A DNA stretch of 64,000 nucleotides from Octopus vulgaris. Its lineage: Eukaryota. The position numbers and the translations under genes were made by a program. Position 1 is the stretch's first letter; each line of letters begins with the position of its first letter. This document shows positions 14,948 through 28,910 of this stretch, one piece after another. The stretch is taken from assembly GCA_951406725.2 (NCBI GenBank), contig OX597822.1, positions 117,490,001 through 117,554,000 on the forward strand, given 5' to 3'. The notes under the pieces are model-generated. The model did not search any database and was not told where the DNA came from. It was given only the letters and a program-made list of their open reading frames with translations.

Positions 14948-15440
14948 TGCATGGCTGTGTGGTTAAGAAATGCACTTTGCAACAATATAGTTTCGGGTTC
15001 AATCCCACAGTGCAGCACCTTGGGCAAATGTCTTCTACTATAGCTCCGGACTGACAGATGGCTGGAGAATGAATTTGGAAGACGGAAACTGTATGGAAAC
15101 CCGTCGTATATATTTCTTTTATTTCTTTTACATTTTCAATTCAAAGCTGTGGCCATGCTGGAGCACCACCAGTACATATATATATATATGTGTACATGTG
15201 TGTGTGTGCGCGCGCGTATGTGTGTGGGTATGTGTGGTGTTTGCTCTCCACCACCACTTGAAATCTGGTGTTGGCTTGTTTACGTCCAAGTAGCCTAGCG
15301 GTTCGGCAAAAGAGTTGATAGAATACGAACCAGACTTAAACAAGTAGTGTGGTTGATTTGTTCGACTAAACCAGTCAAGACCGTGCCCCAGCATGGGCGC
15401 AGTCCAATGACTGAAACAGTAAGAGATTAAGTAAAAGATA
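14948..15440 (+). mobile_element. Diverged SINE-A copy with internal inverted tail fragment
   Basis: Head ggctgtgtggttaag, B box gggttcaatcc, CORE-like ccttgggcaaatgtcttctactatagc. Segment 15145-15170 is the tail motif in reverse orientation. Confidence 0.75.
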
Positions 15441-16201
15441 ATGGTCGTCTATTCCACCGTAAGATGGAATAGATTTATCTTACGGTATTTTTTCTGGCGA
15501 TCACTTGTCGGCGGATGACAGGAACAATAAAATGTCGGTATTTAGTTACATCCCTTTATCAATTAAAATCTCATGCTCTTTCTATTTTTCTCTTTAAATC
15601 TTATCAGAGTTGATGAAATATCGACAGAACACAGCCACGTATAATGCAGTCAACCCATTTAAACATCCTACTCTATTAATTTGATGGTTTTCGGTCAAGT
15701 TTCCCCTCTCTTCTTCCGCTGAATTTAATCGGTGAATATATGTAAAGAAGAAATTAATTATAAAGTATTGCTGATGCTATCATGAATTAATTGGGTTTCT
15801 CTATAGGACCCATCTAGTAATTAACTGAACGCGGTTGTGAACTATCGTCGTTGTAAATCTTAATGAAATCTATCACCGGATAACTGTGCATGGAAAGAAA
15901 CTTAGATTCGTAAATGGGTGAAGAATAAGACGACAGTTCGTACATGGGTTTCCAGAACTCGTCATAAGAAACTAGGTTTGGCAGTGTTCGAGTTCCATTA
16001 AGTTTGGTCCTCTTATTGAAGAAAATTTGAAAGCGCTGAATAGGTCTGGATGGCTATCTAGAAAATGTCTATTAGTTTCACTTATTTTTTCTCTACTTTC
16101 GCAGATGCCCAACACTCTCTGTTGTCATCCAATTCCATTATCATGAATTTGAATTGGGACCTTGACTCATAGTGAATCTTTCATTAGCTAATTGCACAAC
16201 C

Positions 16202-16289
16202 ATGGATGCTACTCCAATGGATGCTACTCCAATGGATGCTACTCCAATGGATGCTACTCCAATGGATGCTACTCCAATGGATGCTACTC
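16202..16289. repeat. 15-bp tandem repeat (atggatgctactcca) x~6
   Basis: Perfect units; produces the MLLQW ORF. Confidence 0.95.
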
Positions 16290-17569
16290 TTAATAGAGCT
16301 TGGTGATCCTCACTGTTGGTCTTCTAGGATTCCTTCACTCAGTATCAATGTAAGAAGTACTGTTAGCTCACTTGAACCCTTCCGCTACCTCTTCACAATC
16401 CGTCATGCTGCAGTCCCATGACTTTGCCATATCCATTCTTTTCTCAAACGTAGCAGTTTTCCCTTCCTATTTTCAACACTCCCCCAATACCCACAAAAGG
16501 GGCCTGTTGTCTCCCAATGTAAAAAAAACAAAAACAGGATTATAATGAAAACTGGAAGACGGTCGGTATGGTTGGTTCAAATCCCGGGAATAAATGGGAT
16601 ACAAGAGACACGATTTGGAGGAAGGATACAGCTACGTAAATTGACTTAAGCCCTCACTGGTTCTATATTTTATCGACCACACACAAAAAAGAGCAAAGTC
16701 AACCTATATCGATTTCTTTGAGTTATCTTAAAACCTCTCCCCCGTGTATCAGTGAAGTATGGGGAAGGATGCAACGAATGGCATTGATGCCTTTACCACA
16801 GGTAATAGTGTCGTGTGCGATAGGGGCTGAAACAAAAGGAAATAGATTTAGTCGTGGATTGAAACCGCATTGCGGTTTCTGGTTTCTCAGAGCTTAGTTA
16901 TTACTCTATAGTGTTGATCACTCGAAGCTGATAAAATATTGATTATTTGGAGAATGAATTATTAATACATTTCGTTATGTCATAGCATCCCAATGATGAG
17001 AATCATGTGAGAAAACTCTAAGAGTTTTTAGTATTTTTTTTTGTTATCATTATTGAAGTTTAGAAATCAAAGGTATTTTATTACAAGTTTTCTTTGATGT
17101 AGAATCAATCAAATGGAAACATTCATGGACGGGAATCAGAGTGAAAAGTAATTGGATTTTATCAAATATTTGTCAGTTGAAATGATCAAAGTTTTTAAAC
17201 GACCAACTTTATTATGGTGAGATTTTATAATTGTCGTATTTAAGTCTAATGAATGTTTATTATCAACAAAGACAGAGAAAATACATGCACGAAAGAAAGA
17301 GGAAAGAAAAGCACTTTTCAAATATTAACAATGTACTGTATGTTGTGTATTAAACTTCCACGCTGCATTATCATTTTTAATGGACAACAGACGGCGCTGG
17401 TGATGACGATTCCGTTCAATCAACTGAATTACATGGAGAAAGTCACTTCCTCAAAATGTCACCCTGGGGAATCGCATTCAGGACCGCACGATTGATTACG
17501 AAGTGATCTTCTTAATAATTGAACCATCCTGCATTCAACCCTTTCTCCCACAATCTTTCCATGCATATT

Positions 17570-17890
17570 ACCATCCATCCATCCATCCATCCGTCCGTCC
17601 GTCCATCCATCCGTCCGTCCGTCCATCCGTCCGTCCGTCCGTCCGTCCGTCCATCCATCCATCCATCCATCCATCCATCCATCCATCCGTCCGTCCGTCC
17701 GTCCGTCCATCCATCCATCCATCCATCCATACACGCTGCCATCTATCCATTCACTTATCCATGCATCCATTTGTCTATCCATCCCTTCCTCTTTCCATTC
17801 ACTCATTCACTTCTACATCCATCCATCTGTCCGTCCATCCATCCACCCATACAAACATACATACACTTCAACCTATCCATCCATCCATCT
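17570..17890. repeat. (ATCC)n/(GTCC)n microsatellite
   Basis: Direct inspection. Confidence 0.95.
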
Positions 17891-17954
17891 AAGTATGTGC
17901 ATGTATAATGAGTACGGCTGTCACAGCAACCGCAATTAATATTTTGTTCACTAA

Positions 17955-18168
17955 GAAGGCGTCGGACTGGCAGAATCCTCAGCACGACGGGCAAAACACT
18001 TGGCAGGATTTCGTCCGTCTTTACGTTCTCAGTTCAAATTCCACCAAAGTCGAGTTTGCCATTCATTCTTTTGGAGTCAATAAAATAAGTACCAGTTGAA
18101 AACTGGGGTTGATGAAATTGACTTATCTCCTCCCCGAAATTGCCGGCCTTGTGCCAAAATTTGAAATC
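17955..18168 (+). mobile_element. SINE family B
   Basis: Head, core and gccttgtgccaaaatttgaa tail; 16-bp TSD aatattttgt(t/a)cacta. Confidence 0.88.
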
Positions 18169-18674
18169 AATATTTTGTACACTATCAGATCAGTTGAAAC
18201 CGAGTCCTGGCATTTTGAAAGCAAGTATAAGACAAGCACAGTGTTCACCAAAGTAACTAACAGCATTCACGTAGCAAGGAAATTCGGAAAATCTCTTAAC
18301 AGTCGACTATTCAACCTACTAAATCTCAATTAGTTACTAGTGCCAGTTGCTCGAAGCTATAAGTTCTATCGTTGTTTTACCTGTTTGTTTTTCTGTTGAT
18401 ATTTTAACTCTGAACTTCTTGGAAACTCTAACAGTCAACCCTGTACAATAAATAGCCTAGAAGAACATTTTATGGCAATATTCAACATGTAGCTTCGAAA
18501 TGCTCATATAAATAGTATTCCTGACATAATTCGAGTGAAATCGATATGCTGTGATCTCTGTGACATCTGTTCTCGCAAACGTACGTTTAAGTGATCCTAA
18601 AGTAGACGCCGTTAAGAAGACCAAAACTGAGATAATCCGCTTATCAAGAATTATAAATTATACGTAAAGGACAG

Positions 18675-18808
18675 AAATATTAAGAACAGCAGCAACAGGA
18701 GCAGCTGTAGCAGAAGTACAGCAGCAAGGGCAGTAGTAGCAGGAACAGCAGCAGCAACAATAGTAGCAGCAACAATAGTAGCAGCAGCAACAATAGTAGC
18801 AGCAGCAA
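18675..18808. repeat. (CAG)-rich imperfect trinucleotide repeat
   Basis: Direct inspection. Confidence 0.85.
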
Positions 18809-18884
18809 TGAAACATTCAAAAATCGATTGCATGTCGGTTGGAAAAGAATTTACATTAAGAGAAATTACTGTTGTTGGTATCAT

Positions 18885-19070
18885 TGTTTAGCCCTAGGCT
18901 GGTGTTGAATGAGCAGACTTATGATGAAAAGCAATCAAGTCATTACCATCCAGTCATTTACGGAAATGTTGTAATCAGGGATGCATTATCCTTCCTTTTA
19001 AAGAATGTAGAATGTGATTTGAAGGAAATCTGGCCCTTATTTCTAGGATGACGAATGACCACATAGATCA
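18885..19070 (-). mobile_element. Repeat family F copy
   Basis: tgtttagccctagg...gagcagacttatgat...tgtgatttgaaggaaatctggcccttatttctagg. Confidence 0.6.
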
Positions 19071-20869
19071 AAGACGGGGGAATCATTTTAATATTAGGGG
19101 AAAATAGCAAGCGCATAAGAAACTATGGGGCACATCTATGCTGAAAGAAATAAATTTTAATTTTATAACTATATATTTATACATTTTATATGAAATTACT
19201 GTTTTGATTTCAAGGACAAAAAAGTTTTGTTTCTCCAAAGGGTTTTTAGAGATTTCGTTAGGGGGCAGTTTCAGATTTCATCTGCCAGTAAAGTGTTTCC
19301 CGTTACAGACTCAATGGCTCGATTAAGATCAGTAAAGGGGGTCGGTTGTGTAAAGGGGTCGGTTGTGTAAATTTGGTTTAAGTAATTTAGAAAAAGTTAC
19401 ACATCTATGAATTTATAAGTTCAAAAAGGTCATGAGTTGGTGTGAAACCGTGTCAGTGACCAGGTTGCTGTTACTGCGACGAAAACTTGGGTCCCAAATC
19501 AAAAATGATTAAGTGCAGTGAACAGTTTTTGTGTTTTTGGATGTCTGATATCTGTCTTCCATGCTGTAATTGCTTTATTTTCAGCATGGTTTCTGATCAA
19601 AACCCTTGCCATACAAGTGCGTCTGCGAAATAAAAGAATCATATTTTTTCCCACACAAGTAGATGTGTTTTCTAGGTCCTGCATATTCGCTCTCGGCAAG
19701 AATGTCAGAGAATTAGACGAAATTCTTTGCAGTATTACTTCTGGTTGCTAACATTTCGAGTTCAAATTCCTCCAAGACCTTTGGGAACAAATAAATAAAG
19801 TATCACTTCAGAGTGATAAATTAGCGGAATTATTAAAGCATTGGACGAAATCTTGAAAATCTGTTTCAGCTCTTTGCATTCTGAGTTCAAATCCCGCTGT
19901 AACCTGTTTGAGTGGTAGACGTAATGTTTCACCAACACCTTTATATCATCAAAATCTGTCCACTGGGTGACTTAACAAAATCCACTCTGTTGGAAGTATG
20001 TGGGTTATTACTCCACTTGAAAGATACCTTTCTCTTCCCCTCATCAATCTAAGGAGACCTTCAAAATTGTCATGGGTGTAACGTCCTCTTCTAACTAACC
20101 GATAAAAAGCTATAAAGTTTCTTTACTTCTGGTTTAGAGAGACATTTTCCTGAATATATACTTGTTACTTAATGATGTCTGTATATCCTTTAGAAAACTC
20201 AAATACTGACTTTATCAAACTTTTATGTGATAAAAATATATATCTATATCTTTTGATTAGAAACAAAATCGATAGTTTTTGGACAAGGTATAGCTAATTG
20301 AATTGGCTCCAGTATGTTATTTGTGGTTATCTTACGGAATCCGGTAAGATGAAAGCTAAAGTTCTTTAAAAGAGTTTCAAATTCAGAACATAGTTGGAGT
20401 CGAAATATAGTACGACATCTAGTTTGGTGTCTACTTGTTTCAGTTAACTACTTAACTATATGATACAAATATTAGTTGATAAATAGATTGCTTGATTGTC
20501 CGGTTGATAGACTGATTTTCAAATTATGCTGTTATCTGACATTTTATGCATCTTGAATTGTTAATAGGTAAACGAAATATCATGTAAATCTCTAATGGAT
20601 TAACGAAGCTGTGAATGTATGTTGATAATACAGATTTACACAGGTTCTATATAAAAAACTGCCTTATGCCAGTTAAGTAGATACCGAGGAAGTCCGAATC
20701 TGATCTGAACTGATCTAATGTGATTTGAGCAATTGTATTAATATAAATCTTGACATTTAGTTTGTAATCGACCGTCTATTGTGACTGGATAAATATTAAA
20801 TGGAATTATATTTTAGCGATTATCGGGTAAGTGGAGCGGGAATAATATCGTTTATTGGGACAATCATAA

Positions 20870-20992
20870 TCATCGTCGTCGTCGTCGTCATCATCATCGT
20901 CATCATCATCATCATCATCATCAGCAGCATCGTAGTCGTCGTCGTCGTCGTCGTCATCATCATCGTCATCATCATCGTCATCGTCGTCATCA

Positions 20993-21088
<96 letters not shown>

Positions 21089-21091
21089 TCG

Positions 21092-21165
<74 letters not shown>
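20870..21165. repeat. (GTC)n/(ATC)n trinucleotide array
   Basis: Direct inspection; source of the poly-V/I and poly-M/T ORFs. Confidence 0.95.
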
Positions 21166-21166
<1 letters not shown>

Positions 21167-21960
21167 ATAACAACAACAGCAGAAGCAGCACCCCTACCCC
21201 CACCAGCACATCAATAACAACAATAACAATAATGATTTCACATTTTGGCATAAAGCCAGCAATTGTGAGTGTGTTACATCGATCCCCACAGTTCAACGGG
21301 TACTTTATTTGATGAAAGGCAAAGTCGACTATGGGCATAGGGGTCTGATGGGCAAGTGCAATGAAAGAAAACAGCGCATCCGTGAGCTAGATACTGCAGA
21401 GCAATGGTGACTGAGTTTTGGATTCTTACATCTGGGATTGTGATGTCGTGCGGCCCAAGTTATTAGGCTGTTCGGTTAAGGATTATAAAAAGGTGGATGC
21501 GCTTTGTGTCCTTGAGCAGGGCACTTTACTTCTCGTTACTAAAGTCTACTTAGTTGCGAGTGTAGCTTTATCTTGACAGCTGTATGTCCTGAATGCTTCG
21601 CAGGGTAAAGAGTGGAAGAGCCAAAAGGGTGTCTATATGAACTCCCAATTACACAGGAACCTAAAGCGTCGTCCATTATACAAAGCCATACTCATTGTAT
21701 CGTATTTAGAGTAAGCCAACCTGATGGAGACCTTCAGTTACCCTCAAGGCTGTACCTATTCGATGATCTGAGCATAGTTCTGGAAACTAACGAAAGCGTT
21801 GTTAAGTATAGATTGACCTCGTAGCTTACTGTGGTTGTTATTTACATCTGCTCAAACTTAGTTGACCGTCGAATTCACTTATTCTGAGTGAGGGCAGGCA
21901 AGCTTCTTGCATCATTGGTCTCCTTCATGGAATCGTTGATAACTTATCCACTTCCATTTC

Positions 21961-22363
21961 TCTTTTACTTGTTTCAGTCATTTAACTGCGGCCATACTGG
22001 AGCACCGCCTTTAGTCGAGCAAATCAACCCTAGAACTTATTCTTTGGAAGCCTAGTACTTATTCTATCGGTCTCTTTTGCCGAACTGCTAAGTTACAGGG
22101 ACGTGAACACACCATCGTCGGTTATCAAGCGATGTTGGGGGGACAAACACAGACACACAAACATATACACACACATACATACATATATATACATATATAC
22201 GACGGGCTTCTTTCAGTTTCCGTCTACCAAATCCACTCACAAGGCTTTGGTCGGCCCGAGGCTATAGTACAAGACACTTGCCCAAGGTGCCACGCAGTGG
22301 GACTGAACCCGGAACCATGTGGTTCGTAAGCAAGCTACTTACCACACAGCCACACCTGCGCCT
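21961..22363 (-). mobile_element. SINE family A (full length)
   Basis: Intact head ...cacagccacacctgcgcct and tail tcttttacttgtttcagtc. Confidence 0.92.
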
Positions 22364-22848
22364 ATTATGTAAATATCTAAAATAAAATTAAGAACAAATA
22401 ATTAATAAAAACTTTCTTGATTTATAAACAATTTTTTCCTTCTTTTGTGTCATTACCATATTTTAATAAGAAATATTTAAAGAAATTTAATGAAACTACT
22501 CAACAATATTGTTAAAGAACAATAAAAATTTAGTCGTAACATTTAATATTTGGTGAGTACTAATTATTGCATTGTCAATTAGCAGAAAATTAGTGAATTT
22601 TAACCATAATTCTAGTATTCAGATTATTCTGTCGCATGTAATTTTTATTCATTTTGCTTTAAATTAATGAAACATCATCTTGAAGCTTTTAGATTTTGGC
22701 GATACGACTTTTATTTTTAGAGCGACAATGTAGAGTAGGTGTGAGAAGGTGGATCTGGCCAGATTGACCATAAAACAAGCAGAATACTTGGGCCGGTTAA
22801 AACTCTAAAGGGTTATATAACCGCGTTTTTCTAGATTCAGTTTGCTAA

Positions 22849-23279
22849 TCTATATACGACCAAAACTCTGTGATTGCTTGCTTGCTTGCGTGATTGTCTG
22901 TAATTTAATACGGCCAAACCGGCGGATAATGGGAAAATACTCTCAAAGGAAGATATCCCCTGAAATGTAAATACAAACAGAATAAAACAAGTTTCACGTA
23001 AATCGGACCACGGATTCACGAAATACGCTGGTTTTTTTGGTTTGTTTGCAGAAATTAAAGCAGTGAAACCTGGAGTTATTGCCCTTTACTGTGAACACCT
23101 TTATAAGAAGCCAACCCGGCACGTAATGGGAAAATACTCTGAAAGTAAGGTGTCATTGAAATGTGAATACAAACGGAATAAAACAAGTTTCGCGTAAATA
23201 GGATCACAGGTTCTCGGGATACCTGTTTTTTTCGGGTACCTAAAGCTATTGGTGACCCAACAGGTTACGGGTAGTCTAG
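22849..23279 (+). mobile_element. Non-autonomous Helitron
   Basis: Starts a|TCtatatac and ends CTAG|t after an imperfect GC hairpin (gacccaacaggttacgggt). Has a (TGCT)n subterminal microsatellite and an internal duplication (22927-23020 / 23124-23215). Confidence 0.7.
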
Positions 23280-23977
23280 TAATTAATAATAATTACTAGA
23301 CTACCTTTAATGCTCAAATCGTTCCAAGCGTTTATCGATCCTTAGGAGAGCTAAAAAAAATTCTTCTCCAAGGTGGGGTGGGGTTCAATATTGAACCCCT
23401 CTGCCGACTTCCGATCTAAATGAAATAGAATTGTGTATAAAACATAATTTGTATACTGTGTGAATATCATTCAAACCTCACGTTCAGACAGAACCACAGG
23501 AAAAGAAAAGAAATAAAAATGATACAAACAAACACTGTCTCTCATTCCATCCCCTGTCTATGTAACCTTTGATATTTATTCTGTTCTTATTATTCTGTTT
23601 TGACGTCACGATGTGTATGTTAAGTGTCAGGGGAGTCATGACTTTTCTCACAGCCAACGCTGAACTTCAACTGTTTTATAGAAATTTAACGGACAGACGC
23701 AAGTTAATCTGGTCATTGCGTAGAGTTTTGCTTTTGATCTGTGTCTCCAAGCAAAGCACTATCTTAGCAGAAGCAGCAGCAGCCGTATTATCATTATAAT
23801 CATAATCACTATGCTCCTCCGCCTCCTCCTCCCCTCCTCCTCCTCATCATTATCAACATCATCATCATGAATTATAATTATTGTTGTACATTTCACTTCT
23901 GAGAGCTCCCGATTCCACCTGCACCGTCTGATTCTGTAAGAGCAGACAACAACCAATTGTCAAGGGTATCACAAGAT

Positions 23978-23999
23978 ATTATTATTATTATTATTATTA

Positions 24000-24030
<31 letters not shown>

Positions 24031-24380
24031 AATGATTATTATTATTAACATTATTATTGAGTGAGAGAGCAGTGCATGCCATCAAAGTGACACTGGGGTA
24101 AAATATATGAAACTCAGTATACCCATCATGACTATCAGTCTGATAAGGGTACACTAGGCATATGCATCACAACCATATGTGCGCGACATGGTGATCTCAT
24201 ATCAAGATAAACAGCGCATGACCTTGCAGGTGGGGCCCAGTTAGAACTGTCTGCTGATCGAGTAACCCATCCCGCTCAAAAGGTTCCTGAATAAGGGTTG
24301 TTTAAGCATGTTGAACGAAACACCATATATGTTTGCAGAGGCGAATTATTCAAACCCCCCAAAGAATCCCTCTTAACACA
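23978..24380 (-). mobile_element. Retroposon 3' end with (TAA)n tail
   Basis: A (TTA)n run (23978-24058) abuts a 320-bp complex sequence that ends at a (CA)n run; this layout suggests a TAA-tailed LINE/SINE 3' UTR. Confidence 0.5.
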
Positions 24381-24389
24381 TGTATATAT

Positions 24390-24445
<56 letters not shown>

Positions 24446-25081
24446 ATAACACTGCTCTGCTCTACATACTCTGGACAAGGCAGATTTAACTATGCAGCAA
24501 TCGTGCTTGGCGAAATACAGCACATAACGCAGTCATAGGTAAAACAAAACATGCCACCTAATTAAGAAAAGTCACTAATGAATTCTTATTATAATTAACA
24601 CTTAAGCATAAGTATTAAATAACAATATTCTTGTGTAACTAACGATCGTGTTATAATGATTAGGTCTAATTTGTTAATTTTAATTGTAGTTAATTGTCAG
24701 TTAAGTCACTATCTAAATATAAACCAAAGCGGGGAATTTTATGATTGTTAGAGAGGATGCTTCACAATATTTGTTCTGGTTCTCTGCCCTTTGTATTCAA
24801 ATTCTAGCAAGGTGAGTTTTATCTTTCTTCCTATCAAAGTCGAATAAACGATTTCAATCCAGAGATTTTCAGTCCATGCAGTGTTTGCTCCGGATTTATT
24901 GAGTTTTGACAGCCACGATTACAACAACACAGATGCCAAGCTATATCGGCCTTAATAGGCGAACCTTGGATAAACAAGAATTGTAGAGAAAAGAGACTTA
25001 AGAATTTGCTCAGTCCCTCATATACATGTGCAGATGCATTGGGAAATCTGACTAAAAGAGGCCTTATGCCTGTATGAATTA

Positions 25082-25460
25082 CTAGCAGTATCACCTGGCG
25101 TTGCTCGGGTTTGTTTCGACCCTTTAGATTTGGAATTTTTGAAAAGTAAAAACTTTGCTTTATGTAGCTTTAAGTGAACATTTTTCTGGTTGAAATACAC
25201 CGAAAAATGGTGACACAGCAGTAAAAAAATCATAAAAAATAGGGATTTTCATAGAAAAAAAAAAGCACCTTTGTGATGTAAATAATTTTTGGTGTTAACA
25301 TTATCCGATTTGAATTTTTTCTTCCACGGGAGGAAGAGCAAGCCTTCTTCTATCATACTCTCAATTTTGGTCAACTTGCACCGCAGGGTCTCGGAGGAGA
25401 TAATGTTAGTTGAAGGCTACCAAGCCTGCCATACGCAGACAACTTCAGCTTTATGTAATA
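25082..25460 (-). mobile_element. Non-autonomous Helitron-like element
   Basis: aCTAGcagtatcacctggcgttgctcgggt is a reverse 3' CTAG end with hairpin; the other end has the ggaggagat...cagacaacttcagcttta layout seen in the element at 96-1018. Confidence 0.65.
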
Positions 25461-26419
25461 ATGTAATAAAATTTTGAGGTTCTGGTTGACCCCTTCAGAC
25501 TGAGTTACTAAGTTGAAGCATCTTTCAATCAGCACTATTACCAGTTGCTATCAATGCTAGCTTACACAGTGCGCTCTAGTTTCGTTTTAATCTTTTGCAG
25601 ATGCCCGAAACGGGTTTCTAGATAACCTTTAGGCGTTTCAAGGGATATTCCCTAGCAATTTTAGAAGGCTGTTAAACGATTGTGAGCTTAAATACCCAAA
25701 CCTTTGCATTATAAATTCTTCATGTGGGTGAATGTCTCAATTTACTTGCAAACAGCTTCTTTCAAAGTTTGTCTGTCCGTGTCAAAATAAATCAATATTA
25801 TATCATGTTAGTGATAGAATATCAGAGAAAATAGTTATATTTTATTATCATACGGAGAACAATAATACATCAAACAAAAGCTTTTAATCCGTTATCTCAA
25901 ATGTTGCTTCTTTGTTCAAACATTATCATGTTATAAATCAAATTCTCATTCAGTCATAAAAACTGCAATGTTAAACTTTACAAAAGGAGCGTTGACTACT
26001 TATCTCCATAGAAAATAATATTGATTGTTATATTTCCTGGAAAGGTTAAGTTCAGGATACTTAACAGAGTACTTACAAAATAAAATAAAAGCAGTTTCAG
26101 CACATTGAGATTTAGGCTAAAATTGAGAATATTTTAATAAAAATCCAGATGTTTGAATAGCTGGGTATATGTCCAGATATTCAGGTCAGTGTACCAACCC
26201 TTCCTAGGCTGCAGTAGACACTGGTTACATTATTACATTGAACAATACTGACAATATTTGTTTGCACGGATGGGATTATTGAAGGAGATCTTCAAACATA
26301 GTGCGTGATATTTGGCATGGTTTTATAAAGACCTATTGCAGTATATTATTGATGCGTACATACATACATACATACATGCATACATGCATACATGCATACA
26401 TACAGGCATGTATGTATGT

Positions 26420-26572
26420 ATGATCGTAAGGTCGCGTGTTCAATACCCAGTGGCGTGTTGTGTCATTCAGCAAAACACTTTATTTCGCGTTGTTCCTGTC
26501 CGTTGCACCTGTAATTCAAAGGGCCAGCCCGTCACATTCTGTATTATGCTCAATCTCTTAAAGAATGACGTT
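26420..26572 (+). mobile_element. Partial SINE family E
   Basis: gatcgtaaggtcgcgtgttcaatacc...gtgttgtgtcattcagcaaaacactttatttc matches the copy at 29908. Confidence 0.65.
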
Positions 26573-26780
<208 letters not shown>

Positions 26781-27038
26781 GGTTGGTCCGTCTTTGGCAC
26801 ACAGACACACAGACACACGCACTTAGATATATTTGTTTATTCATACACTTATGCATATCCACATGCATTCTTCATAAACGCAAATTGTTCATTCGATAGC
26901 CTGTCTATCAGGTTTATCCAGTACCGAGCAAAGTGGTCAACGAGTGTGCTCGCCTATATAAGTTTGTGCGCACACATACACACATATATCACACACGCTT
27001 GTATATACACACACATATTGATACACACACACACACAC

Positions 27039-27084
<46 letters not shown>

Positions 27085-27469
27085 TTGCATATGTATATAT
27101 AGACACATACACACAAACGTACATGTGAAGCATAATGCAATAAGAACTGATTGATTTAAATATGAGATAATATTTTATTCACTCATCAATCGATTTGCTG
27201 TTTTTCGGCCAACGTTCAATTCTCTTAATGCTGCAACGATAATTTCGACATAAAGTTAAGTGTGCGTCTGGAACAAGATGGCGATTTTATGCTGAATAAT
27301 TTTCTCACATAATAAGTAAATAAGAAATTCAAGCTCTGTAGTCACCGCTTGACCCTTGGGTGACTATAACGGAAGCGACTGCGTTGTAAACATTCAAGCT
27401 AAACCCCCAACTCCAATCTGAGTACAACTGTCTCTTTTCCTGCCAGCAATCTATGTGCCCTAAAAATAG

Positions 27470-27868
27470 TGATTTCAGATTTTGGTACAAGGCCAACAAT
27501 TTCGGAGGAGGGAGTAAGTCGATTACATCGACCACAGTACTCAGCTGCTACTTATTTAATCGACCTCGAAATGATGAAAGGCAAAGTTGACTTCGGCGGA
27601 ATTTGAACTCAGAACGTAGCGGCAGACGAAATACCTATTTCTTTACTACCCACAAAGGGCTAAACACAGAGAGGACAAACAAGGACAGACAAACGGATTA
27701 AGTCGATTATATCGATCCCAGTGCGTAACTGGTACTTATTTAATCGACCTCGAAAGGTTGAAAGGCAAAGTTGACCTCGGCAGAATTTGAACACAGAACG
27801 TAGCGGCAGACGAAATACAGCTACGCATTTCGTCCGGTGTGCTAACCACTCTGCCAGCTCGCCGCCTC
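27470..27868 (-). mobile_element. Dimeric SINE-B (left arm of inverted duplication)
   Basis: Two tandem body units plus one head. Confidence 0.88.
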
Positions 27869-28516
27869 ACTTAACTAAAAATGAATGCAATGCCAATGTT
27901 TGTGCAACTGTCACATATTTGGTGTTTTACTGAGTTTCCAAGAATGGAAAGAGGCTGCCTATGTCTGCTTGCAGCTTCATAGGTATCCATAACAAGTAGC
28001 GAAAACTTGGTACATATTACTACGTCATAACTACTTGCGAAAAACGGTTAATGTTTTTTTTATTGGTGAGGGACGACAGGATCAACATGTGCGACCCCGT
28101 AATGTTTTTTTATTGTTTTACAATTGTGGCAAGTTGAAGTGGACGGCAGAATCAGCCGAGCCCTTTACCCGATGTTCTCATTTTGTCTTCCGTCACACCT
28201 TGCCCGTTGCAAAATTAAATTATATAATATAGTGAAATCTACTCTGCGATGATAGAATGAGTAGGGCACCGGACAAAACTGTTGGTGGACAGTAGAATTA
28301 GTAAAAAAGCTTACCTCACAAAATAGTAAGAAATTTGAAACTTGCAGTCGCCAGTTGGTCATTCTTCTGCCCTTCACGGAGTCGATAGCGTTGCAAAAGC
28401 AGTCAGGCCAAATCGCTGAATACAAGGCAGCCTCTTTCCATTCTTGGAAACTCAGTAAAACACCAAATATGTGACAGTTGCACAAACATTGGCATTGCAT
28501 TCATTTTCAGTTAAGT

Positions 28517-28910
28517 GAGGCGGCGAGCTGGCAGAGTGGTTAGCACACCGGACGAAATGCGTAGCTGTATTTCGTCTGCCGCTACGTTCTGAGTTCAAAT
28601 TCTGCCGAGGTCGACTTTGCCTTTCATCCTTTCGAGGTCGATTAAATAAGTACCAGTTACGCACTGGGGTCGATATAATCGACTTAATCCGTTTGTCTGT
28701 CCTTGTTTGTCACCTCTATGTTTAGCCCCTTGTGGGTAGTAAAGAAATAGGTATTTCGTCTGCCGCTACGTTCTGAGTTTAAATTCCGCCGAGGTCAACA
28801 TTGCCTTTTATCCTTTAGAGGTCGATTAAATAAGTACCAATTACGCACTGGGGGCGATATAATCGACTCAATCCGTTTGTCTGTCCTTGTTTGCCCTCTC
28901 TATGTTTAAG
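28517..28910 (+). mobile_element. Dimeric SINE-B (right arm of inverted duplication)
   Basis: Head plus two body units joined at aaagaaataggtatttcg. Confidence 0.88.

Noticed and set aside
17459-17908. MDGW/HPSI repeat ORFs, superficially Met-rich like reflectin
   Set aside because: (ATCC/GTCC)n tetranucleotide repeat; no reflectin motif.
20800-21338. Poly-V/I and poly-M/T ORFs of ~170 aa
   Set aside because: Trinucleotide repeat read-through with no complex domain.
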